Notes: a model not told the origin generated them from the sequence alone. 64,000 nt of DNA from a virus (IMGVR_UViG_3300009152_000003:1-64000), one strand, 5' to 3'; counted from the stretch's first letter, positions 1-10,270 are shown. Numbers and translations: made by a program.

Positions 1-1
1 A

Positions 2-298
2 TCACGCGAACACCCGCACCGGATTCAGCGGGGTCAACACATACGGCTCCCACGCCTCCGGGAGATCTCCGATGAAATTCACATGCCAGCCCTGCAGGAG
101 CACAGGGGCTTCCAACTGCCCGCCGGTTTCGGGATCCCAGGAGCCGCCACGCCAGATGGGGCCGATTACATCCAAGGCGTGGAAGCTGCCGGAGCACTGG
201 ATCTGCTCAGACCCATCTTCGGAGAGGTAGGTAAAACCTGCCTGCCTGATGGCCGCCACGCCCTCAACTTCGTTCGGCCAGCGCAGGCAGTGGGTCAT
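2..298 (-). CDS. Small tail-fibre-associated protein
   Basis: 98 aa, overlaps the stop of the tail fibre gene; C-terminal GWHVN..LPEAW motif typical of small proteins following phage fibres. Confidence 0.55.
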   Translation of the reverse strand: MTHCLRWPNEVEGVAAIRQAGFTYLSEDGSEQIQCSGSFHALDVIGPIWRGGSWDPETGGQLEAPVLLQGWHVNFIGDLPEAWEPYVLTPLNPVRVFA

Positions 299-2739
299 TG
301 AGTGATCCTCTGCAGCGTGGTGTTGGGGAGGCGCGTGGGCCAGAAGGTTAAACGCTCAATGGTGCCGTTTAATTGCGCCACACTTACAAAATTGCAGCCA
401 ATCATAAGACGATCTGGTGATGGCAATGAACCGGATGTGTCTGGCGTACCTAATGCGCCATTGCGCGCAGCGGCAAAATCGTTGATCTTGTACCCATAAA
501 CGGCGCTTTGCTTTTGCCCAACCGCGATCGAGCCAATGGCAACACTAGATTGCTGCGTGCTTCCGACAAATGTTTCGCCCCCAAGGGCTCCGCTGATCGT
601 ATATAGAAGATGACTATTGCTATAAGAGCTGCCAGAAGACAGGCCCATCAAATAGTTCTGGGAGGCAATGCCATTATTTACAACCTTTACAAACACCGTC
701 CCCTCATCCTGCCGATACCACGGACTAAACGCCGCCCCCGTAATGGTCGCCACATCGGCGGCCCTGGTGGCGGCTGCGGTGGTGGTGGGGATGACCGAAG
801 TGACAGAGGCGCCTTGTTCTAGCTGCGGTAGGCCGATGCGGAGGGTGATGTCAATAACTGCTCCGTTATTGAATGCAAGGTTAAGACCAGAAGTGGCACA
901 GTTAGTATTTGCATTGGAAAAACTACCTGACCTTAAATAGCGAGTTAAAGTTGTTGTTGGGGTAAAACTTGTGCTTCCAGACGCCGACTCTATAAAAGTA
1001 GTTCCAAGCTGACCAAAAATTAAATTGTTAAATACTGTAATGTTTGCGGCGGAACCAGCAACAATTTTTGAATAAAAAGAAGCAGTCCATGTTTGGCCGC
1101 TAGCCGCAGGTCCAACCCCAGATCCTCCTACATCAAATTGAATTTGAACTACGCCGCCTGCATTAGCTGTTCCATTGATACGAATGTCCGCATACGTTAT
1201 TCCGTTTTCCGTACCTATTTCAACAATTGAACGTGTTAACCCACCTTGCACTGCTGCGCCCCAATTCGTCGGCAACGTCCCCGGCGTACCAGTCACCGCA
1301 CCCACCATCGTGTTGTTGCGAATGCTGTTCGTCCTCTGCTCCTCCACCATCAGCCCCAGGCTCTCCGTATTGTTAATGGTTGCGGCTGCTGTTGTCGTGG
1401 GGACATACGGACCAACCGTGGCAGCTTGCTCAAGCTGGGCGCCCGCCACATACACCCCATTTATTCCATCAGCAACGTTGGTTTTAATTGCCCAGTAATC
1501 GCCACGATTTCCAGGCGCAGAGGTTGTCGTGGTAAAGGTCCAGGAAATGCGATACCAGCCGTTTGGAAAAGGAACAATGGAAGCACCTTGCAGCTCACTC
1601 GAAAGACTTGGTGCCGTACCATCGCCAGTTAATGTAAAATCAAAAACACCGCCACTGACGTTGCTGCGCAGTCTCAATACAGCGCTGCCGGCAGGTTTTA
1701 CAAATAAAGATTCAGTATATTGCGTTGAGTTAGTAAGCGTTAAGCCGCTTCCGTAGTTTAATCCATCTGAGGTGTTTCCAGTGTTTGTGCCAATGTTTAA
1801 TGTTAATAAAGAAGCAGTGGCAGATCCAGTAGGCGTAGCAGTGCTAACGGCCACAAGCGATCCACCTCCGGTCACGCTGTAGCCATTTGCAGCGAGGATT
1901 GCATCGCTGAATGTTCTAATGTTTGTCGTAGAAGACGTAATGCTGTGGTCGAAGCGGGGGGCAGAGTTGACTACTGAAGTGGTCGGGACGTATTCGCCAG
2001 CGGTAGAGGCTTGTTCTAGTTGGGCGCCCCAGATGTAGAGGCCGGAAGTGCCATCTCCGGTGTAGTTTTGAATAGTAGTACCGGAAATCAATAAAACCCT
2101 GATTACAATAGATGTTGCGGTCGCTGTAGTAAGCGACATTCGCAATCTGTACCAGCCATTCTCTATGGCTTGGGCGGAAAACGAGCGGTTTGTGAATCCG
2201 GTATCTTGAGCTGCTACCGAACCATTTTGAGCAAGAACAACACCTGCGTAATTAGTTGAGTCATTCACCTGCAAAAATGCGCTACGCCCAGCACCGTCAA
2301 ACTTAATATAAACTGATGCAGTAATTGCAGTGTTTGAGGGTATGGATGTAGAATTTGAATTTACAAAATGCTGAGCGGTTGTAGTATCTTCCGTGATCCG
2401 GTCTGCGGTTAAAGTCCCAGCCGGAGACGCTGTGGCGTTCTGTATTGAACCACTGCCGAATGGTAAAATCGCCGCTCGGTTCCAGCCTGCGCTATCAAAC
2501 TCTTCACTTCTCAGCAGCAAATTTGTCACCGCCATCCGCAGAGTCCCCGTGGAGTCCGTGTATGGACCCGCACCAGCACGGGAAAACGTAACCAGGCTTT
2601 GCCCGCTGACCGAATCCACCAGGGATTTGTTATCGGCAAACCTGAGATCCAGTGATGGCGCCGCCTGAGCTTTGCGCCATAGAGCGTCTTGATATTTGGC
2701 CCATGGTGGCGCCGAGAGGCGCCTTGCCGTCAGGCTCAC
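295..2739 (-). CDS. Tail/spike fibre protein with repeated beta-sandwich modules
   Basis: 814 aa, Thr/Ser/Gly-rich; recurring NGWYR and (GA/LP)QLEQ motifs; LamG-like C-terminus; lower GC than the rest of the window. Confidence 0.8.
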   Translation of the reverse strand: MSLTARRLSAPPWAKYQDALWRKAQAAPSLDLRFADNKSLVDSVSGQSLVTFSRAGAGPYTDSTGTLRMAVTNLLLRSEEFDSAGWNRAAILPFGSGSIQNATASPAGTLTADRITEDTTTAQHFVNSNSTSIPSNTAITASVYIKFDGAGRSAFLQVNDSTNYAGVVLAQNGSVAAQDTGFTNRSFSAQAIENGWYRLRMSLTTATATSIVIRVLLISGTTIQNYTGDGTSGLYIWGAQLEQASTAGEYVPTTSVVNSAPRFDHSITSSTTNIRTFSDAILAANGYSVTGGGSLVAVSTATPTGSATASLLTLNIGTNTGNTSDGLNYGSGLTLTNSTQYTESLFVKPAGSAVLRLRSNVSGGVFDFTLTGDGTAPSLSSELQGASIVPFPNGWYRISWTFTTTTSAPGNRGDYWAIKTNVADGINGVYVAGAQLEQAATVGPYVPTTTAAATINNTESLGLMVEEQRTNSIRNNTMVGAVTGTPGTLPTNWGAAVQGGLTRSIVEIGTENGITYADIRINGTANAGGVVQIQFDVGGSGVGPAASGQTWTASFYSKIVAGSAANITVFNNLIFGQLGTTFIESASGSTSFTPTTTLTRYLRSGSFSNANTNCATSGLNLAFNNGAVIDITLRIGLPQLEQGASVTSVIPTTTAAATRAADVATITGAAFSPWYRQDEGTVFVKVVNNGIASQNYLMGLSSGSSYSNSHLLYTISGALGGETFVGSTQQSSVAIGSIAVGQKQSAVYGYKINDFAAARNGALGTPDTSGSLPSPDRLMIGCNFVSVAQLNGTIERLTFWPTRLPNTTLQRITQ

Positions 2740-3527
2740 AGCCCAGCCTCCAGTACCTTGACCCGCAGCGAATACACCTCGCTGTTGGCCGCAGGGGTGT
2801 AGCCGCCGATCGTCTGCAATTCGCAGAACAGAGAGGTGCTAGCGCTGGCAAGCTTGAATAATTTGCCTGGGTAGTCAACTTGCGAGAAGCACGTAGAACC
2901 CAGGTCGACAGGGGTCGGGAGATCGATGTACCCGGTGTAGGCGCCGCGGTCCGTCGACGTCACATCAAAAGCGCTGGCGTTTGCCGCAGCCGTTGCAGGT
3001 TTACTCGTGTAAAAGTGCAACCGGAAACTACTCATGCCGCTTGGCAATGCACTGATGCCCAGCACGAGCTCGATGCTTTGCACGAGGACGAAGCCTCCGC
3101 TGGGGCCGGCGCTGGCCAGGGTCAAAATCGCGTCATCGCCGCTGCCCGTGCCAATGACCGCGCCTGCGGCATAGGCCGTAGTATTCGCCGGGCGGGTGAC
3201 GTCAAGCTGTACCCGGTAAGCCTTGCCGTCGACGGTGAGGGAACCTGCATTGTCGCCAACTGGAACCGCGCCGCCCTGCAAGGCAGCCAGCTTGCCGTCG
3301 ATGCTGCTCAGCGATGTATTGCCCGCGCCCTGCAGCGCGGATGTGCTGGCTCCGCTCGGCAGCGGCAGGGAGGCAACAGAGGCGGGTATCGGATTGCCGG
3401 CGTCGTTAGCTATTTCAACGGTTGTGCCAATCGTGACCGAACCGAGGCCGATGTCCACCGGGATCGGCACCGCAGCGACAATGGCAATCTCGTCGTAGGT
3501 CTGTCCGTTCAGGAACCTGGTTGCCAT
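2736..3527 (-). CDS. Putative virion structural/fibre-associated protein
   Basis: 263 aa, coupled to the fibre gene; TRPANTTAYAAGAVIG segment seen in phage structural proteins. Confidence 0.55.
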   Translation of the reverse strand: MATRFLNGQTYDEIAIVAAVPIPVDIGLGSVTIGTTVEIANDAGNPIPASVASLPLPSGASTSALQGAGNTSLSSIDGKLAALQGGAVPVGDNAGSLTVDGKAYRVQLDVTRPANTTAYAAGAVIGTGSGDDAILTLASAGPSGGFVLVQSIELVLGISALPSGMSSFRLHFYTSKPATAAANASAFDVTSTDRGAYTGYIDLPTPVDLGSTCFSQVDYPGKLFKLASASTSLFCELQTIGGYTPAANSEVYSLRVKVLEAGL

Positions 3528-3556
3528 CCCTGCTGCGCGTTATGTCTCGCGTCATG

Positions 3557-4741
3557 CTAGCCAGGACAGTCGAGGTACAACCCAATCGGGTCCTCGCCGC
3601 CAAGCCAACCCCGGTACGCCTTTTGATGAGCCGCGACCGTGTGCCCCATGAACAACGAAGCATGGGCATCGGTCACCCGGTAGCGCGGCGAATGGAGCCG
3701 GCGGGCGTAAGCATGCCGAAACCCGTAGGACGTTGCGCCGCCGGTCGCCACCAAGCCGCAACGGCGCAGCTGCTGGTTGACCCGGGCGCCGGCGCAGGAA
3801 AGGTCTCCAAGCCCCGGCAGTGATTCCCGCCAGAGCTCTTCCATTCCAAAACGCCTGAGCCATTCAGGGTGAAACGGCGGCGCCTGCCGCGGCCTTGTCG
3901 TGCCGTGGCGGTTGGTTTTCCCCATGCCGATCCAGGCACACCCCTCTCGCTTGATGCAGGGCTCAGCCACCCAGGCTTCCCAGGGCCGCAATCCGTAGAT
4001 CGCCAGCGCCGCTACGACGCGCCGCCAGGATGGACTCAACTTGGACCCCGGCGCCAGAATCGCCTCGATCTCCTGGTCCGAAAAAAATGATTGCGGCCTG
4101 TGCTGCACCGAGCGCCCGACATTTTGCAGGGGGTCCAGCAGCGCAGCATTCCAGTCCGCTCCGCACAGAGCGCAGAGTCGCCTCAAGAAGGCCACGACCC
4201 GCCGCCGCGTCGGAGAGCGGGGGTCGGTCTGCTCGATCGCCTTCAGGAGGGAGTCTTCGCTCAAGGGTCGCTTGGGGTCGAGCCGCCGCAGATGGACCAG
4301 GTAGTGCCGCTCGAAAGTCCCCTCGCCGACTCCCTCGGCCGTCTTGAGACGGTGCCACTTTGCCGCCACCTCATCGAGTCCCAGCCTGGTTTCTTTCGGC
4401 TTACCCTTTTTTACCCTTGAGTCCGTGCAGGCCTCCTTCCAGGGCCCTGTCTCGAAGGCCCCGTCCCGCTCCTGCAGGAAGGCCCGGAGCTCCAGGCCGC
4501 GGTTCACCACGTCCATCGGCGCGCTGTCGAAGTTCAGGTACAGCGGCACTTTCAGGCCACTGAGTTGGACGTAGAGACGCTGGCCGATCGCCTTGAGCCG
4601 GAACCCCTTTCCGAAGATCTCGCCGCTCTTGGCTGCCAGCAGTTGGACGCTCAGATCGACCACCTCTGACCCGCCCTGGGCAGGGTAAGAAGAGGCCGGT
4701 CTTACCCTTTTTTGACCCCTAATGGCCGCAGTTGGCTCCAC
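3557..4741 (-). CDS. int: Tyrosine recombinase (phage integrase)
   Basis: YGLRPWE (R), FRHAYARR (HxxR), MGHT..H...Y catalytic motifs; adjacent to a tRNA 3' fragment; true start may be the GTG near 4663. Confidence 0.92.
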   Translation of the reverse strand: MEPTAAIRGQKRVRPASSYPAQGGSEVVDLSVQLLAAKSGEIFGKGFRLKAIGQRLYVQLSGLKVPLYLNFDSAPMDVVNRGLELRAFLQERDGAFETGPWKEACTDSRVKKGKPKETRLGLDEVAAKWHRLKTAEGVGEGTFERHYLVHLRRLDPKRPLSEDSLLKAIEQTDPRSPTRRRVVAFLRRLCALCGADWNAALLDPLQNVGRSVQHRPQSFFSDQEIEAILAPGSKLSPSWRRVVAALAIYGLRPWEAWVAEPCIKREGCAWIGMGKTNRHGTTRPRQAPPFHPEWLRRFGMEELWRESLPGLGDLSCAGARVNQQLRRCGLVATGGATSYGFRHAYARRLHSPRYRVTDAHASLFMGHTVAAHQKAYRGWLGGEDPIGLYLDCPG

Positions 4742-4915
4742 TTGGCCCGACTCGTTGGAGCCGGAACCTTAGGTGAGGACAGGGTTTTCCAGGAAGCCCT
4801 TGACGAGACTTGAACTCGTGACCTCTCCCTTACCAAGGAAACTTTCAATCGCTGGAATCGTCTGGTATCAGAGGGTTTTCATTTTCAAAAACCGACTTAC
4901 CCTCAGTCTTACCCT
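4682..4915. repeat. Candidate integrase arm-type sites (CTTACCCT)
   Basis: CTTACCCT at 4701, 4896, 4908 and inverted at 4682-4689, on both sides of the att core; two more copies at 4400 and 4410 (one mismatch) inside int. Confidence 0.6.
4794..4838 (-). mobile_element. attP: attP core: 3' half of tRNA-Thr(GGT)
   Basis: Minus strand reads CC-TTGGTAA-GGGAG-AGGTC-ACGAG-TTCAAGT-CTCGT-CAAGGGC-TT (anticodon loop, variable loop, T arm, acceptor 3' strand); no D arm or 5' acceptor strand upstream; phage genes on both sides. Confidence 0.88.
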
Positions 4916-5120
4916 TTCGCTGCAGATGCGCGGCACCCTCAAGGACGGGGCGTAATCGCTCCGCTCTGGGAAACCAACGCAGCAGAGCGCGGGCCTCGGC
5001 CCGTACTTCGCGGGGAATCCGCGGCGTCAAGTGATGGTCACTGAGGCGTAGCAGCAGCGTCCGGGCCTGCAGAACTGCGGCAACCTCCTGGATGCTGGTT
5101 TCGTAGGCAGTCGGTTCCAT
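4845..5120 (-). CDS. BPSL0761-like small protein
   Basis: ARTLLLRLSD..TPRIPREVRAEARALLRWFP pattern; start taken at MEPTAY. Confidence 0.6.
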   Translation of the reverse strand: MEPTAYETSIQEVAAVLQARTLLLRLSDHHLTPRIPREVRAEARALLRWFPRAERLRPVLEGAAHLQRKGKTEGKSVFENENPLIPDDSSD

Positions 5121-5243
5121 GGGCCTGGTAGATGACGTTGATCCAGAGGGCGTCGACGTAGTCCTTTTGCTCCGCAGCGCTGGCCTCAAGGAGAACGTCC
5201 TCCAGGCGCCGCCCGCCAAGCAGTCGGTCGATGTCGCCGGCCC

Positions 5244-5738
5244 TCATGCGCGCACCGCCAGCGTCCCCAGCTCCTCAAAGGGGCTCGCCTCGGGGCCGTC
5301 GTGTAGGGCTGCTAAACCACGGAAGTATTCAGTCCTCAACCCATCAGCCGCCCGCCGCAGGCGAATCGATTCAGCAGCGGCGGCATGGGCCCCCTCGCGG
5401 ATGGCACGAGCCTCTTCGAGGGATAACTTGCCGGACTGGGAGTCCACTTGTACAAGTGGCTGCGCCGGGCGAACGCTCACCTGGAGCTGCTCAGGGTGCT
5501 GCAGGGCGTGATTCATCAACGCCCGCCCCGCCGTCAAGCAGGTGTCCTCCCAGAGGCCCGTGAGGGTGCCGTGCTTTGGATGTGCTGGATCGCTGCGGCC
5601 ACTGGACTGATACAAGAGTTCCATCACCATGGCTCGAGCTCTGTCCAGAGCCAGCCCCTGGTTAACGCAGGTCAAAGCGGCCGGAGCGAAAGGCTCTAGG
5701 CCTGGGATGACGGGCTGCTCGTAGGAGGCGGTAGGCAT
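5244..5738 (-). CDS. Hypothetical phage protein
   Basis: Start taken at MPTASYEQ; LYQSSGR..HPKHGTLTGLW motif resembling small cyanophage proteins. Confidence 0.55.
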   Translation of the reverse strand: MPTASYEQPVIPGLEPFAPAALTCVNQGLALDRARAMVMELLYQSSGRSDPAHPKHGTLTGLWEDTCLTAGRALMNHALQHPEQLQVSVRPAQPLVQVDSQSGKLSLEEARAIREGAHAAAAESIRLRRAADGLRTEYFRGLAALHDGPEASPFEELGTLAVRA

Positions 5739-5821
5739 CGATGTCGCTGTCGGTGCAGGCAGGCTACCGCCACCTCTGGCGTTCTGCCAGCCTGGGCATA
5801 CACCAAGCCTTGTTCCGGCCG

Positions 5822-6037
5822 ATGCGCTGCCCAAGCTGCGACTCCACTGATCACACCTGCGTCTTAAACACAGTCCACCGAGAGGACGGAGTTGTGCGAC
5901 GCAGGCGCGGCTGCAGGCTTTGCCAGATCCGCTGGACCACAAGGGAGCGGTTGGAGGCTGGCAGCCTCCTTAAGGCTTTTGTGCCCCGCCCAGTGGTCGG
6001 AAACGAAGAGCAGGCGGTAAGGAAGATCGCTACTTAA
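5822..6037 (+). CDS. NrdR-like N-terminal zinc-ribbon protein
   Basis: MRCPSC...RRRRGCRLCQIRWTTRE; no ATP cone. Confidence 0.75.
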   Translation: MRCPSCDSTDHTCVLNTVHREDGVVRRRRGCRLCQIRWTTRERLEAGSLLKAFVPRPVVGNEEQAVRKIAT

Positions 6038-6038
6038 A

Positions 6039-7391
6039 TCAGATCTCCGCAACGTTGTAAAATTGGTATCCCGCCGCTGCAACATCTCCCGCTGCGGTTG
6101 CATTTGTATAGGCTAAATAGCCTTTCTTTGTCTGCCAAAGGATGCTAGGAACGGCGCTAGCGTTGCTGAGGACACTGGTCCCATAGTCTGGATCGTTGAT
6201 AATAGAACCATTCCCGCCCACCTTGTACTTTAGTGCAGAATACCTGTAGTGAGTACCTACCCCCCCGCCGGCTACCGATTGGCTGCCAAAAACGCTGGCA
6301 GGGCACAATTCCAGGTATCGCTGGCAAAGGAACAGCTCATGGCCGTATGACCTCTGATCAAATGATGTCATCACCGCACCCGGCTCAAACTGTACCTCCG
6401 AGAAATAGGTGCTAACGGCACCAGCCCCTAGGCTGAGATGCACCTCGAGGCCTCTTGCTCCTGCCGCGGGAACGTTTACTTGTGCGCTATAGCGGGTGCC
6501 GGTTGCGTTGATTGTCCACGTTCCGCTTGCAATGAGCGTCTTGGTGGGACTAGCAGCGGTACCAAAAGTGTTTTCAGCTGTTGTCGGGTAATAGACCGAC
6601 CAGGTTACGCTCGTGTTGGTTGCCGATGAGATTGTTGCTGATAGCGTACAAGTATTCCCGAATAGGGACAGTGTATTGATTGCTTCAATTCGCTGAGCCA
6701 ACCCTGCAGCCGTGTTTGAGGCGGGAGCAGTTAACAGGACGCGGTAACTGCCATTGGCCGCTTTTGACCTGACAAGAGAGCCGTTAGCCGAGGCGTTGAC
6801 ATAGGCAAACCACCTGTCAACAATAAGGTATTGATAAAATCCAGAGGATTGCAAGCTGGTGACAGCCGACGCTGTCCCCTCCAGCTGGGCGACCAGAAAC
6901 CCGCCATTGATAAGCTTGTTTCGCCCAGTGCTGTTGCTGATTGCTCGATCAGCAATTGTTGCAAACTCAGTAGTCGCTAGCTGCGTGGTACTCGTCCCGG
7001 CCGTCGCCGTCGGAGCCGTTGGGGCGCCCGTGAAAGCTGGTGACGCCAAGTAACGCGCGTCAGGCGTCCTTGCTTCGTAGCTGATCCATTGCCAAGCAGA
7101 AAGCGACGCAGAGTATTGCAACCTGACTTGCAGGTCGCTGATGTCGCCAGTGCTTGGGAAGCTGGCCGGGATGCCTTGGACGTTTGAGAGCCCCCTGATC
7201 CCCGTGCTGTCACTGATCTCGATCCGATCACCACTTGCGGGTGAGGCCGGAATACCAGTAACGTTGGCAATCGGCGTGTAGACCCTCCCAAGCAGCGTCG
7301 CGGTATCGCTGGCTAGGCCGGTGAAATTGTTATCGACTTCGTCAAAAGTCAGCGCTGCGCCTTTGATGCGTCGAGTCGTGATGTTGGCCAT
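6039..7391 (-). CDS. Tail fibre protein
   Basis: N-terminal KGAALTFDEVDNNF; SPAFTGAPTAPTA fibre repeat; RNKLINGGF..DRW..VQFEPG..ELFLCQRY module. Confidence 0.85.
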   Translation of the reverse strand: MANITTRRIKGAALTFDEVDNNFTGLASDTATLLGRVYTPIANVTGIPASPASGDRIEISDSTGIRGLSNVQGIPASFPSTGDISDLQVRLQYSASLSAWQWISYEARTPDARYLASPAFTGAPTAPTATAGTSTTQLATTEFATIADRAISNSTGRNKLINGGFLVAQLEGTASAVTSLQSSGFYQYLIVDRWFAYVNASANGSLVRSKAANGSYRVLLTAPASNTAAGLAQRIEAINTLSLFGNTCTLSATISSATNTSVTWSVYYPTTAENTFGTAASPTKTLIASGTWTINATGTRYSAQVNVPAAGARGLEVHLSLGAGAVSTYFSEVQFEPGAVMTSFDQRSYGHELFLCQRYLELCPASVFGSQSVAGGGVGTHYRYSALKYKVGGNGSIINDPDYGTSVLSNASAVPSILWQTKKGYLAYTNATAAGDVAAAGYQFYNVAEI

Positions 7392-7474
7392 GGCTTAACC
7401 CTGAGTGAAGCGGCTTGCATGGTGTGGCTCCATGGAGATCCTAGCGACGACCATCAGGGGACCAAGAAAACGGC

Positions 7475-7768
7475 TCAACTAAAGCCCACCGGCCATATCT
7501 GCCCTGTGGAGCGCAGTATTACCTGCAACGCAGCTACAACCACTGGGTCAAACCCTGCCGTGACCAGGAAAGTGGCGTTTGTATTTTGGGGGTTTTGAAA
7601 AACAGGATAGAGGCCATCAATTATGGTCGTAGCCCCAAAATAAGCCACCTTCTGAGCGGGGCCAGGCTGCCTGAAGAAGGCAAGCGTTCCGGCGTAAGCG
7701 CCAAGATCCCACAGCCCAGTGCCAACGCTTTGAGAGGAGCTAAATCCTGGACTTAAAATGGTATCCAT
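7475..7768 (-). CDS. Hypothetical protein (tail accessory module)
   Basis: 97 aa, coupled to the upstream low-GC gene. Confidence 0.5.
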   Translation of the reverse strand: MDTILSPGFSSSQSVGTGLWDLGAYAGTLAFFRQPGPAQKVAYFGATTIIDGLYPVFQNPQNTNATFLVTAGFDPVVVAALQVILRSTGQIWPVGFS

Positions 7769-8751
7769 TAAACTGTCCTGGCAAGGAGGACTGCGTTCGA
7801 GGTAACACTTCCATAAAATCCACTATTGACAAAATTAAGAATTTCATACTCTTCAACGTTAGCCGTAACAGTAGCGTTATCTTGGATGAAAACATTATCA
7901 CTGGTTTTTATAGTAGAAATTCCAAAATCAGCGGGGAGATCAGACGCATGGATGCTTGTCAATCTAAGGCCAGTAAAAATTGGGTTAAAATTGGAACCAA
8001 CGGCTGGGTTTGCGTCTGTTGTCCAACCGGGCAAAAGAAAACCTTCTGCAGGGAATATAGGGCCACCATAAGAGCCATGATTGCGTGGCAAACTATAAAT
8101 CATTGTAGTTGCACTTGCATTTTGATTGTAAGTAGCCGTATTCAAAGATGAGCCAACAAGTAAATCACGTCGCGTTCTGTAAGCTTGTTGTATTCTTATT
8201 CTCCCGGTGTCAGTGTAGGGAATGTAATACCCAGAATGGTATCCTAAATTAAGATTATAGAACGACTTAAACGTTGTACCTGCTGGATCAATTGTGAATA
8301 CGTGGTAAGTAGAGCCAGTCCTCATTGTAAAGAAATTTCGCGACCCAGTCGAGGTGTAACGAGTTATTGAGAAGCTAACCGTTGCATTAAGCGGCATTGG
8401 AGTAGAAGCATAGCTCAGATCACTAAGATCAGTCTTGTAAAAGTCTATGGCCTGTGTCCCGGCCGTGCCACCGGCTCCGCACGGAATATGTGAGGTAGCG
8501 TTCCAGCCAGTGCTTGTCCTCATGTAAATTTGCGCACCGTTAAGCTGAAAATGATAATAAGTCTTTCCGTAAGTTTTCGTGCTGTCATATACAACTTCTA
8601 GCACACGGTGCTCATATCCAACGGCAGTGAAAGAGTCATACCAAGCGGTCATCAAGCCACCGCCAATGAAAGCGTCGCGCAGGTTATTGCAAACCGACGC
8701 AACAGTCCAGTTGGACGCGTCAGTCACGTAAGCTTGCTTGGTAACAGCCAT
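7768..8751 (-). CDS. Putative tail/receptor-binding accessory protein
   Basis: 327 aa, Thr/Tyr/Gly-rich, low GC, in the tail cluster. Confidence 0.55.
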   Translation of the reverse strand: MAVTKQAYVTDASNWTVASVCNNLRDAFIGGGLMTAWYDSFTAVGYEHRVLEVVYDSTKTYGKTYYHFQLNGAQIYMRTSTGWNATSHIPCGAGGTAGTQAIDFYKTDLSDLSYASTPMPLNATVSFSITRYTSTGSRNFFTMRTGSTYHVFTIDPAGTTFKSFYNLNLGYHSGYYIPYTDTGRIRIQQAYRTRRDLLVGSSLNTATYNQNASATTMIYSLPRNHGSYGGPIFPAEGFLLPGWTTDANPAVGSNFNPIFTGLRLTSIHASDLPADFGISTIKTSDNVFIQDNATVTANVEEYEILNFVNSGFYGSVTSNAVLLARTV

Positions 8752-8753
8752 GG

Positions 8754-10235
8754 TCAGGCCTCTTGTGGGTGGGTGGTTGTGGTCAGGGTCACGGCACTCG
8801 TGCCTACACTCTGCTTAACAAGTCTCACGTAGACGAGGCCAGCAGCATCCCCCTGCAGGAGCGGGGTTGGGTTCTGGATAATCGTCTGCGACGCGGATAC
8901 TGTTACGTTTTCGGAATAGGGTTTATTGTCCCCAAGGTTGATCATTGCTTGTAAGCTGCCGCCTGGGCTGAACCTCGTGTCAGCTGATCTTTGCGCGCTT
9001 GAACGGTAAATCCTGACCCAAGATGGTTCGGAAACCTGAATGGCCACCAGCTCCGAGAGTCTTCCTAGACTCATCGTGAAGTCTGCTGTTTCGTTTTGGT
9101 TTAGGGGTCCGGTGGTGTAACTGGTCTCCCCCCGTGCGTACGGTACGCAGGGAGAAATGCAGAGATCGACTGCCATGTACCCTTTCGCGACAGCGTTTGA
9201 GCCTGTTGGTGCGCAGCCTGAGCTGCTTGCCAAGTCTATCAGCAAGCCATAGGGTACGCTTGCCGAGCTTGCGGCCTCGCCAATCTCCGTACAGGGAGCG
9301 GAAATGATCTGGCTAGCGGAGAGCGAGTAAGGGACACCTCCCGAGGCCATCCCCCAAGTTGCAGCAACAACGTACTTGTGATTGCTTTCAAAGACGATTC
9401 CGCCTGTAACGTTAAACCAAAGATATGACCCAATCTGAGTGCCAACATCAGAAGCTAAAATTCGCTTTTGCCACAAGAGATTCCCTAGCACCTGGTTAGT
9501 GCTTGTCCAGTTATTGGCATCCCAGACGCCTACCGTGTGATCAGTAAGCCCAACGCCAGATGGCACGTAAATACCCACCTTTTCAATCAGTCCTTTCCTC
9601 TGCAATGAGAAGTGGTAGCCAAGGACGTAATTGCCGGCGGTAGCAAAAAGATTTGCTGTTGCCGGGGGATCCGGATTAAGTTCAAACAAATGATAAGAAT
9701 CGCAGGGGCAAAGGTCTGCAAACGGATTTGGCGGCGGATCAACAGGTGGATCAACAGGTGGATCAACGGGTGGGACAACGGGTGGGACAACAGGCAGTAG
9801 CGGCGAAGAGGACTGAAGCTGCACCCTTATGGCAAGACTGCCAACCGGAAAGTTAACAACTTCACCAGCAACAATTGTGAATGGGCCTGGGATGATCCCG
9901 TAGCCCAGAAGGCTCCCGCCCCTTGCCGAATCCCAGTAGGCAAAATAGGAGACCGTCGCCGTTCCCGCGGCAGCAGGGGAGAGCAAGATTGCTGCAGTGT
10001 TAGCAATTATGTAATGATAAATTTCTCCCTGTTGCACCAGGAACGGTTCGCTCCAGTTGGCGGCGGCCAACGCCCCCCTGGCCCCAACCGTTCCGGCGGT
10101 GACATCGTTCTCCTGGCCGCTTGGCCCTGGATGGCCGGCATGCAGGCTGATGTAAGCCATCGCCGGTGCCGCCGGCATGCTTGCACCACGGTGCCAATTC
10201 AGCAGGCTCGAGGCCAGGTACTGAGAGAAGGGCAC
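8754..10235 (-). CDS. Modular fibre/decoration protein (paralog domain + Pro linker + DUF4082-like domain)
   Basis: First ~138 aa clearly homologous to 18943..19362; PPVV/PPVD repeat linker; LGYHF..GLIEKVG..HTVGVWD..YVVAA beta domain. Confidence 0.65.
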   Translation of the reverse strand: MPFSQYLASSLLNWHRGASMPAAPAMAYISLHAGHPGPSGQENDVTAGTVGARGALAAANWSEPFLVQQGEIYHYIIANTAAILLSPAAAGTATVSYFAYWDSARGGSLLGYGIIPGPFTIVAGEVVNFPVGSLAIRVQLQSSSPLLPVVPPVVPPVDPPVDPPVDPPPNPFADLCPCDSYHLFELNPDPPATANLFATAGNYVLGYHFSLQRKGLIEKVGIYVPSGVGLTDHTVGVWDANNWTSTNQVLGNLLWQKRILASDVGTQIGSYLWFNVTGGIVFESNHKYVVAATWGMASGGVPYSLSASQIISAPCTEIGEAASSASVPYGLLIDLASSSGCAPTGSNAVAKGYMAVDLCISPCVPYARGETSYTTGPLNQNETADFTMSLGRLSELVAIQVSEPSWVRIYRSSAQRSADTRFSPGGSLQAMINLGDNKPYSENVTVSASQTIIQNPTPLLQGDAAGLVYVRLVKQSVGTSAVTLTTTTHPQEA

Positions 10236-10270
10236 GCCAGGGTATTCAGTCTGTCCATTCTGGCAGGCGC

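Noticed and set aside
4794-4870. Complete tRNA-Thr gene
   Set aside because: No D arm or 5' acceptor strand; the anticodon stem 5' side is broken (TTTCC instead of CTCCC)
295-10235. Diversity-generating retroelement or invertible tail-fibre cassette
   Set aside because: No reverse transcriptase, no adenine-specific TR/VR pair, and no invertase or crossover repeats noticed
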